Assembly (NCBI GenBank): GCA_004431415.1
Contig: QPMI01000401.1
Location: 1-64,000, forward strand
DNA: 64,000 nt
Origin: Cyanophora paradoxa CCMP329
Taxonomy: Eukaryota; Plantae; Glaucophyta
Reading direction: 5' to 3'
The position numbers and the translations under genes are program-made. The notes below the pieces were generated by a model. The model did no database searches and had not been told where the DNA came from. It worked only from the letters and a program-made list of their open reading frames with translations. This document shows positions 32,137 through 42,069 of the stretch, in pieces (the stretch's first letter is position 1; the number at the start of each line of letters is the position of its first letter).

Positions 32137-33044
32137 ATGTCAACTGTGTTCACGCCTGTCTTCTCCCTGAGCGCCTCAGCTGTCCATAACGTGCAACACA
32201 CTGTATATGATTTAAACGAATCATTCCCTTCGACTGAAACAGCGAAAACCGATTCTTTCAATGAGACCTCCATTATAAGAGTCAAAGAACTCAGAGCCGA
32301 CAAGGCTGGTGGACTCGTTAAAGCTACTGAACTGATCGTATCGAATCGACCCGCAAAAACAGGGGATCTAATCACCAAAGATAATCTATATGAAGGTCAA
32401 GCTGATTATAAAACAGCTTTCGATCCGGCTGATAGGAAATCAGCGGCTTTTAAGTAGTTAGTGGCGGGGCATGGATCGGGACTGGACTTGCAGTTAGTGG
32501 GGCTGTGACAGCAACAAGTGCGACAATTACAGGAGGACTTACAGCAAGTGGAGGAGTAAGTGGCACCACTGGGACGTTTTCAGGGCTTCTTTCAGGAAAT
32601 GCTGGAATTACTGGAACCACAGGCACATTCAGTGGCAATGTCAAAATGAATAGTCACCCAATGATGGGAAGATATGGAACAGGAACAGGAGGAACTGGAA
32701 GTGCAGAAATAAAATTTGTTGACTATTCAGCTGGTTTCACAAGACTTGGAACATCAACTTTTGCTGAGGGTCGTTTTACCTGTCAAACAAAAGGAATATA
32801 CGTTGTTCATGCTTCTGCATTAACAGAAAATGTAGCATCAGGCACAGGTATGTTGAAAATAAAGATAAATAATAATTTAGTAAGTCAATTCAGATATAGA
32901 ATACCAATTGCTAGTGTATATACTGGTATGACAACAGGTGGTGTGATATTGCTTTCCCCGGGCGATTATGTCGAAATGTTTGTTCAGAATGCATGGAGAG
33001 ACAGATGTGGACTATAAATAGCCATGATAACCGCAATCGATTAA
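32137..33044 (+). CDS. C1q-like fibre protein, outer variant (frameshift near 32452, in-frame stop at 33017)
   Basis: N-terminus highly similar to 28499; different C-terminus with GRFTCQTKGIYVV...LSPGDYVEMF. Confidence 0.72.
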
Positions 33045-33066
33045 TTTTCTTTCCTTAGAATAAAGA

Positions 33067-33330
33067 ATGTCGAACATATTTGAGGTGATTCTATCGAATG
33101 CAGAAAAGTCGGCAATGGAATATATTGCGTTCTCCCCTGCTGAGTGGATTACTAATGTAGTGAAAAGTCGCGCAATGTCAGCAACTGACGAGATTGTGGA
33201 CAAAGAAGTTAAATCGTGTATTGCCGCTGGAATTCCGATTCCACTCACAAAGGAAGCGATTGTAGAGCAAGCCTTTGCAAGGGGGACTGTTCGAAAGGCA
33301 AGCGAGATTCCTGTGAGTGCTCCTATGTAA
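33067..33330 (+). CDS. Small hypothetical protein, outer variant
   Basis: Homologue of 29462-29725. Confidence 0.7.
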   Translation: MSNIFEVILSNAEKSAMEYIAFSPAEWITNVVKSRAMSATDEIVDKEVKSCIAAGIPIPLTKEAIVEQAFARGTVRKASEIPVSAPM

Positions 33331-33385
33331 AGAAAGAATGAGAGATGGGTTTATTGTTATTTTTCATAGATCATGCATAAGAAAG

Positions 33386-33964
33386 GCATGTATCTTGCAT
33401 AGTGGGCGGGGCGCGATGGTATTTTAACGTGGTCTATCGTCGTACTTTGTCGTAAATATGCCAATCGTACATTTCGATTCGTACATTTCGATTCGAACAT
33501 TTCGATTCGTACATTTCGATTGAAGTCGCGAGTGTGTGCAGGTGGGCATTTTTGGCAGCACATACTCGCGAATTCATTGTACTCTATCGGTGGGGGTCAC
33601 CTTGATTTCGTATTTGATTTATCCGGATTAAGGCTATCGGTGGGGGTCACCTTTATTTTTCAATTTGCTAACTGAAAACAGTTTGGAAACGATCGGGAAC
33701 ATTTCGTAAAAATAGGGGTCTTACTGTCCTTACTGAGAAATCGAGAGAGGGTTTTAGGGCTTACTGAAAATGGTAAGAGATTAGAAAATAGGAGATTGAT
33801 AGGGTTTTGTGATTGGTTTCAGTAAGGAGAGGTTAGAAGTTCGAAAAATACAGTGCTAATTTATAATTTGTTACTGAGCCTTACTGAGAAATTTGAAAAT
33901 GGATAATGGGCTTACTGAGAATGGTAGTGGGGAAGGAAAGAAGAGGGCGCGCAATTGGTGGGGG
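33386..33964 (-). repeat. Right TIR of outer virus
   Basis: Direct repeat of 29786-30425 with one fewer ~50 bp internal unit. Confidence 0.95.
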
Positions 33965-34984
33965 TGACCCCAGTGCGAGCGATATCACTTCTCTCCCGAT
34001 CGGTGCTTCATCAAAGTTCAAGTTGTCAGTTGGGAGGAGCTCATCCACCTGGCCCAGCTGCGCCAGCGATCGCCCATCTCCACGTTTTTCAAACACTCCC
34101 AGGTGGCTGTCCGCGGTCGGATCCCAGCCTTCCGAGGTCCGCATAATAATAAGCCCCCCCCCCCCCCCCCCCCCCCCCCCATCGATCGCGTTAACGTTAA
34201 CGTTGTCACCGTGTAAATAATCCTCTCGATAATTGAACGTGCCCAATCGCAACTTCAATCAATTTCTTCCTCACAGAAGAGGTCCTGGAAATGATTCTCA
34301 GGTTGACGGGCAGTGTGGTGGATATAACACCTCAGCTCGTTATTGCGAACCTTTTCGGCATCTTCGCAGCCTGTGTCGGCCTCCAGTCGCTTTTCATCCT
34401 ATCTCAGTCTCAGTCTAGATTTCAATTTATACTGACACGCCTTCGGTCGCTCGATATTATCTTCGTTTTCGTCTTCGGGACCAGCTTTCGTGACCAAGGG
34501 CAGAAGGTCCAGACCAAAATATATATATGCGATGGGGTCACATGGCCCTCCGGTGCTTTTACTGAAGAAACTCTTTTTGGCGCCTTTGCAACATTTTCGG
34601 CCCTGGGATGTCTTCTGAGTGATCCCGAAAACTTCATCTTTGTAGCGCCCGCATACTTTTTCGCGTTGGTGAATCGTGCAAATCCAGACAGGTACCAATC
34701 AATAATGAAGGTCGTTCGCATATGGACAGTTATCCTGAGTGTCCGCAGTGTGTTCACGCTTAACATATTCCCCGTAGCTATATAGCAGTCGCGATATATA
34801 TTTGTAGGAATGGCCGGTACTCTCTCATTTATGTGGCAGTCACCATTTTGCAGGAAACCCCTATAACTAAAATCTCTGAATTGATTTTGACTCGGATGTA
34901 TCGAATGCACGAATTCGAATATAAATGCATTTAGAAGAGCACATGGACTGGCTGCGTGATGCGGGGCCGGGAGAGGGAGGCGGA

Positions 34985-37390
34985 GCGGCCGACGGGGAGC
35001 GCCGTCGGCGGCACCACCGGCAGCTTCTGCGAGGGGGAGGTAGGGCGAGAGGGACGGCACGGTCAGCGCAGAGCGGAGGGAGGGGCGCAGGGGCGCCCCG
35101 TCCCCCCCCCTCTCGCGCGCGCGCTCGCCTGGAGCGGGGGCCCGGAGCCGATGTTGACGGAGACGCTCATGGAGAGGCCGGCGTGCGCCGCCCCGCCCGT
35201 CGACGCCACGTCCGCCAGCCGCGCCTGCGGGGGGAGGGCTAAGCCTTCAGACAACGCTCTTCCTTTGCAGAGCCCGCACGCACCTGTAGCCTCGCGATCT
35301 CCCTCTTGAGCTGCACGAACTGTTCGCGTGGGGTGCCGTCAGGGGGAGGAAGGGGGTACGAGCGCGAGGGCGGGGGGGGGGTACGGCGCACCTCGCTGAA
35401 GTTGCCGTTCCCGGGGCTCGGGTCCGGCGGGGCCTCCCTCGCCTGCGACTGGGGTCCGGGGTAAGCCGAGGCGGCGCACAGGCGCGCGAAAGAGAGGAAG
35501 CCGAAGAGGGGGGGGGAAGCGCCTTCTCGAGCTGGGCCTGGCTGAGGGCCTTCTCCAGGGCGGCGATTCGCTTCCTCAGCTCCTCGTTCTCCTCCTGAAG
35601 CCTTGCCACCTGACGGAAGATAAGCCGGCCGGCCAACCGAACGTGCCGGGCGGGGCCGGGCGGGGCGGGGCGGGGCGGGCCTCGGCCTGGAGGGCGGCGA
35701 TCCGCTCGGCGGCCTCCCGCGCCTCACCGGCGCCCCGCAGCGCCTCCGCCCGCGCCGCCTCCAGCTCCCCCCTGTGCACCCCGCACTCCTGCCCCCGGCC
35801 CCTCTCAGAAGAAGCGCCCTCAAAGAAGAAGCTCCGCGCGCGCGGGCGCGAGCCTTCTTGTGGGAGGCGAGGGAGGCCCGGGCCGCCTCGAGGTCCTTGC
35901 GGGTCCGCGCCACCGACGCCTCCATCTGCTGCCGTTCCGCCTCCGTCTGAGGGCAGGCGGGGGCGAGTGAGGGAAGGGAAGGGAGGGGGGGAAAGAAGGG
36001 AACGCGCGCACCCGGGCCCTGGCCTCCGCCGCCGCCGCCGCCTCCGCCTGCGCCGCCTTCTGCGCCGCCTGCAGCTCCGCAGACTGCCTCTCCGCGCCCA
36101 GGAGCTGGAGGGGGAAGAGGGTCAGGGGGGGCCGCCGGAGCCCGCCAAGGGGGGTACACGCGCACCTGGGCCCGCAGGGCGGCGCCCTCCCTCTGGGCGC
36201 GCTCGAGCTCCGCCTGTAGGGCGGCCGCCCTGCCCGCCACCGCCCCGGCCTCCCCGAACTGACGGAGGAGGGGTACGGCGTCGGCGGCGGAGGGGTACGC
36301 GTCGACAAGGGGGGGGGGTGTACGCACGCGCTCGGCCATCTTCTTCAGCTCGCCCTGCAGCCCCGCGATCTCTCTCCTCAACTCCTCGATCTGAGAGGAC
36401 GGCGCGGCGACGCGGTAAGCAGTGCGGCCAGGCGGCGCGCGGGGATGCGGCTGCAGGGGAGGGATGGAGGGGGGCGGAGGCGGAGGCGGGCGGGGTCGCG
36501 CACCGCGCGCTCGTCGTCGGCGGCCTTGGCCTCGGCCGCCTGCAGCTGCTTCCCGTACTGTATGTCCAGGTTCTTAAGCTGTGCGCGTGCCCCCGGCCCC
36601 GCTCGGATCGGCCCGGCTCGGCGGGCCGGGCGAGGCGGGTGGGGAGCGGCGCACTTGTATGGACATGTCGCGCAGCTTCTCGTCCGACTCGCGGCGGGCG
36701 GCGGCGATCTCTTCGAGGCGCCGCGCCGCCTCCGCGTTCTCCGAGCGCAGCGCCTCGTTCTCCGCCTGCAGCTCCTCCACGAGGCGCTGCAGGTCCTCCT
36801 CCAGCTCGCTCCTCTTCTTCAGCGCCGCGTTCTCGTCAATGACCTGGCGCGGGGGAAGCGCGCGAGCTGAGGCGGCGCAGCGGACAGCGCCGCGCGCAAG
36901 GCACCTTTGCCAGGAGCTCCAGCGTTCTTATGTGCTTGTGCCTCAAGCGCTCACCTACCTCTTCGGGTGCCATCTTGTCAGCGCCGGCCTGCAGCTGAAC
37001 GTTGTCGGCCGGCATCTTGGCCGCAGCCTGCATGTCCTGCAAGGCGGGACGGCGCAGGCACGCGTCAGCCGCGCTGATGTGATGCTTGAGAGCACTGGAG
37101 CAAGCGGCACCGGCTAGCGGAAGACCCTCTCAAGGGCGGCACCAAGTTGCTAGCTCCACGCGGTAGCGGCGCTCGGTCTCGGCTATCGTACTCTCAAGGT
37201 ATGTAGCTAACGATTCCTCACACTTCGCCTCGCTTCGAAGACGGACTTGCAATTGTATCGCGTACCCCCGAGAGCGAACCACGCACTGTCGCCAGGGACC
37301 CGCAACACGGCTCGGCGAGTTCGAACGGTACAGGGAAGGTAAATCGCTTTGCACGCGTGACCCCGCCCAAGCCGCTCCTTCATCGCCGCC
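34985..37390 (-). CDS. Host spliced coiled-coil protein (approximate limits)
   Basis: Exons such as EELQAENEALRSENAEAARRLEE and VARLQEENEELRKRIAALEKAL separated by short GC-rich introns. Confidence 0.5.
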
Positions 37391-37601
37391 GGACGTGTTC
37401 AACCGTATTCTGACCGCGAGCGAGCAGGCACTAGGAACAGCGGAGCTACAACTTTTCAACCCCAGACGACCGACGTGTCGCAGCCGCCGCTCGCCGGTCG
37501 CTCCGCGAGAACTGAAGCACGTAGACAACGTCCTCCGTTCAAGTGCAGCTGCGACTGCAGCGTGTAACTACCCTCTAGCGTAGCGTAGAGGTTTTAGGGA
37601 G

Positions 37602-40600
37602 ATGGGCTGCGCGGTGTCGAGCGCGTCGTTCGTCGTCGATGCGGCGGGAGGCGAGGGGGCGACGCACAGGAGGTGCGCGGCGCGGTGCGAGTGCGCGATC
37701 GACTCTAACCGCGCTGCAGCATCGAGGAGGCATGGAAGGCGGCGCTGGAGTCAAAGGTGACCGCCGGGCCCGCGAAGCGTCTCGGGGCCCAGGCGGCTCC
37801 AGCCAACCATGCATTTGAGCGCAGGCGACCAAAATCGACATCACGGTTCGAGAAGGCACCTACAACACGGCTGGGGAGATTTCGATGGACATTACGGGCC
37901 GCGAGGTGCGCGCCCGCGCGCGACCTCGCGCCTGCAGATCAAACCCTGACAGCTGCGCGCCGCGGCGGCTGCGCAGGTCCTAATCATCGCGGACGGGCCC
38001 GTCGTGATTCGAACCCCGCGATCCAAGCAGGAGGGCGTCCTGAAGTTCGTCGGCAACTCCGGAAAGGCGCGCGCGATGCCCCCTCCCGCGCGCCAGCGCC
38101 CCGCGCCCTGCCGCTGACCGCCGCCGCGCGCGCCGCCCTCTTGGCCGCACAGGTCGCGTTGAGGGACCTCGGGTTCGTGGGTACGGTGTTCCTCCGCGCG
38201 TGGAAATCCGAGTGGGAGTTCGAGCGCTGCTCCTTCTCGGGTGAGCGGGGGTATCGCGTCTGCGGCGGGGGGTGGGTGGGGGGTACGGGACCTTCGCTGA
38301 AACCGGCGTCGGCGCAGGGGAGGGCTTCTGCTGCATCTACTGCGTAGGGGTGCGCCTCGTACCCCGCCACTTCTCCTCTCGTACCCGGCTGAGGGCGGGT
38401 CCCGGGCAGGGGACGCTGGGGTACGACGGAGTCGGGGCCCACGTGCGGGTACTCAAGTCGCGCGTCCAAAACTTCGGGGAGAAGGAAGGGATCTGCTTCA
38501 AGTCCGAGAAAGGCCACTTGCACGTCGAGGAGTGCGAGGCGAGCAGCGTACCCCCCTCCTCCCCTCCCCCCTCCTCCCCCCGTCTTCCCCCCTAACCCTC
38601 GGAGCAGATCGACTCGGGCCGGTGTGGCGTGTCCGTCGGCGGGCTGGCGGGGTGCAACGCCGAGGTGAGACGAGCCGCGTACCCCCTTCCCGGCCCCGCG
38701 CCCTCATACCCCCCCAGGTTGTGGGCTGCCACGTGCACGACTGCACCGAGGAGGGCCTCAGGCTACTGAAGCCCTGTGCCGGCCGCGTGGCCGGTCCGCC
38801 CGCCCGCCTTCAGCCCTCGCCGGCCGCGCGCGACGGCCGACCCCCGATCTCTTTCGCCACAGGGAACGCCCTCTGGGCCTGCAAGTCGCCGCTGCTGTTC
38901 TCCGACGGCCTCTCAAACGCCTGTACCCCATTCCCCGACGTGCTCGTCGAGGACAACGACATCCAGGTTCCTATTTTTAGATCGCGTCCGCTGTACCCCC
39001 TTTCGATCGCGTACCCCAGCCTGGGGACGCCAAGTCGAAGGGGCGGCCGGGGGGCCGGGGGAGCCTCGACGCCGGCCCCCGCCCCGGGGGCATCCTCACT
39101 GTCCTCGCCAGCAAGGTGCCCCCGTAACCCACGCGCCTCCCCACCCTGTACCCCTACCGATGCTTCTGTACCCCAGGTGGAGGAGGGCATCCGGACCGTC
39201 CGGAAGGAGCTCGAGGAGGGCGTCACGTGCGCCTCCCCATCCCCTGGCCATCCCCCTTCCTTCTTTCCTGCCCATTTTAGGACCCTATTCCCTCTCCCTC
39301 CCCCCGCCCCCCGCCCCCCTCCCTCCCCCCCCCTCCGAGCCGGGTACAGGCACCTGGCGTCGGAGATCGAGGCGGAGTTCGAGGCGGACCCCGAGACCGC
39401 CGAGATGCGCCGCCAGGTCCGTCCGCGTCGAGGGGGGGGGGGGGGGAGGGGGGGGGAAGGGGGGGGGGGGGGGCCCTCGAGGCCGAGGCGGCCTCCAGCT
39501 CTGGGAAGAAGAACTAGATGTTTTGAAGAAGAAGTTAAGGGGGCTTCTAGTATAATCGCCGTGCCTGACGGCGCCGGTGCTCTTCCGCTCCGCCGCGGGC
39601 GATGCAGGGGCGGTCTGCCTCCTTCCCGGGCCCGGGCCCCGCCTCGGCCGCCTCGGGGACGGCCGCCGCCGCCGCCGCCGGCGCGCGCGCACTCCGCCCC
39701 GACCTCGCCGACCGACTCGCCGCCCCGCGGCCCCAGCCGGGCTCCGCCTCGAAGGAGCCGTCGCCCTCCAAGAGCCCCCCGCGAGACCCCCGCAGGTGCC
39801 GCTTTGTCCCCGCCCTCCGCCCTCCGCCCGCCCGCCCGCCCGCTGTCTCGCCCGCCGCTCTGAGCAGCGGAGCGCAGGTGGTCGGTGGGGGATGTGCGGG
39901 ACTGGCTCCGCAGCATCAAGTTCGTCGAGTACGAGACGTGCTTCGCGGAGGCAAAGGCGCGCGCGCGCGCGCGCGCCCCCCCCGTGCCGCAGGCAGTGCT
40001 GAAGCGATGTAGCCGCTCATGTTCGCTTTCTGCGGCAGATCGACGGCGCCAGGCTCCTGCAAGTCGACGCGGCGAGCGCAGCCTCGTGCCGGACACGACG
40101 CCCGCGCTCACGCGCCCATGCGCAGGCGGAGAAGCTGGAGGCCATCGGGGTGCGCGAGGGGCTCCACTTCGACGCCCTCCTCCAGGCGGTCCGCCCCCGC
40201 CTCCGCTTCGCCAGCCGCGCCTCCACCGACCAACCGACCGGCCGGCCGGCCGCTCCGGATCCTTGTCCGACGCGCCCACCGCAGATCCGGGAGCTGATCC
40301 CGGCCGAGTCCGAGCAGGGCGCGCTGCAGGCGCCCCCCTCGCCCCCCTCGAATTCAGGCCCCGTCCCGCACTCGCCCTCCCTGCCCCTGGCCTCCTCCCA
40401 GCACCCGCCCCGCGCCTCCACGTCCCCTTCCCAAGCACCGAAGGCGCGCGCGCCCAGTCGCCTTAGCTCCTCCGCCCGCTCGCTCGCCTTCCCCTGAGCT
40501 CCGGCGCCCGCCAGATCTACGGCTGCTTCGTGTCGTACGCGCACGTGGACCAGAAGGCGGTCGCCAAGTACGTGGACCGACTCCAGGCGGCCGGCCTCTC

Positions 40601-41356
40601 CGTGTGGATGGACCGCGAGATCATCCCGGGGCGCAAGTGGCGCAAGGCCATCGCGGTGCGCAGATCATGCGTGCCCCATGCGACGGGAGTGAAGGAATGA
40701 AACAAAAGATATTAAAATATAAGAGCATCAACGATTCAAAACAGAGAAATCATGTTAATCAGACCGGTTTCTGACCGGCGCTCGCCGGCCTGGCCAGGAC
40801 GCGATCGCTGCCTCGAGCTCTTTCGTCTGTTTCCTTTCCGAGGGCTTCCTCAACTCCGAGAACTGCGAGGAAGGTCGGCAGATTTCTCTCGAGTCTTGAC
40901 CGCCCACCCGTTCACACCGTCCTTGGCCTGACCGTCGCTTAACGGCTTAATTTGTTTCCCCACCAGAGCTCTGCTACGCGCACAGCAAGCGGGTGCCGCT
41001 GGTGCCGGTCTGGCTGGAGAAGGTGGACCCCGCGACGGCCCTCGCCTCCCACGGCGACTACGAGATGATCCTGACCAAGTGAGAGCGCCACCCTCCCACC
41101 CCTCAGCAAGCTCAGCAAGCCGTGTCCTGACCCCAGCCCTGTCCCGACCCGCAGCAAGCAGTGCATCGTGCAGGCGGACGAGAGCGAGGGGGCCGTCGAG
41201 GCGGCGTGCCGGGAGATCGTCAAGGGCATCCGCGCCATCAAGTGCGAACCCGCCATCCATCGCGATGAACCAGAGGGCTCGAGCTCAAGTCTGCGCGTGC
41301 GCAGCCACGCAACGTTCTCTGCGCAGTCCGGCCCGCCGAGGCTCGAGAGCAGTTAG
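37602..41356 (+). CDS. Host spliced beta-helix-SAM-TIR protein
   Basis: MGCAVSS start; ITVREGTY and GVLKF beta-helix-like exons; SAM WSVGDVRDWLRSI...IDGARLL...LEAIGV; TIR CFVSYAHVD...VWMDREIIPG.KW...FLNSENCEE/ELCYA...LVPVWL. Confidence 0.7.
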
Positions 41357-42069
41357 TTGGCGGGAGTTTATTGTGGCGAGAATTAATTGTGGCCGGGGAG
41401 GTGCGGGCCGGGACGTGGGGTACTTCGGCTATTGGGGTCATGGGCGAGGGCCAGCAAGGGGACATGGGGGGGCGTGGGGGGGGCCTTATGTTATGCGGAG
41501 CTCCGCTGTTGTACATGTTAGGAATCGGAGATCTAGAGGCGACGGGGGCGGGGTTGACTGACTCACAGACTGAACCTTGTGTTTGCTGAACCGTTGAACC
41601 TTAAAGCTTGGGTTGACTGACTGACTCACAGTCAGGGGGGAGTCACACTGAGTCCCGGTCCCGGGCCGGGCGGCTCCCCGGGCCCAAGTCCCGGCTGACC
41701 GACTCGGCTACTCGGCCTCAACTGTGACGGGGTGTCTGGGGGGTGTTCTTGCCAAGTTGCTGCAGGCCGTAGTCCGACGGTCATTGGCACTTGTTATAAA
41801 CGCAAGATGAACACTTGTGCATATTGCACATGAGCTCGAGTGCTTTACATAAACTTGAAACCCACTTGCCAAGTTGCAAAGCGTGCCATGCACAAGAACT
41901 TATTTAAATAACAAGTGCAGGTGGATGAGGATGCCATACGCATGATGTCTCGGCGCCATACCGAGTCTGTTCTAGATCTGCTCAGCGGCTGAGGCTGCTA
42001 TGCCTACCCAAGGATCACTTTTCCAACCGGGGGCGTCGACGTCGACGTCGCCGCGGATCGAATGTTCGG

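Larger units (their letters stand above)
30426..33964. mobile_element. Outer endogenous Polinton-like virus, right segment
   Basis: Repeats the inner virus's last three genes and right TIR in the same order. Confidence 0.88.

Noticed and set aside
23341-33330. Diversity-generating retroelement behind fibre variation
   Set aside because: No reverse transcriptase; differences are block swaps and indels rather than adenine-specific changes.
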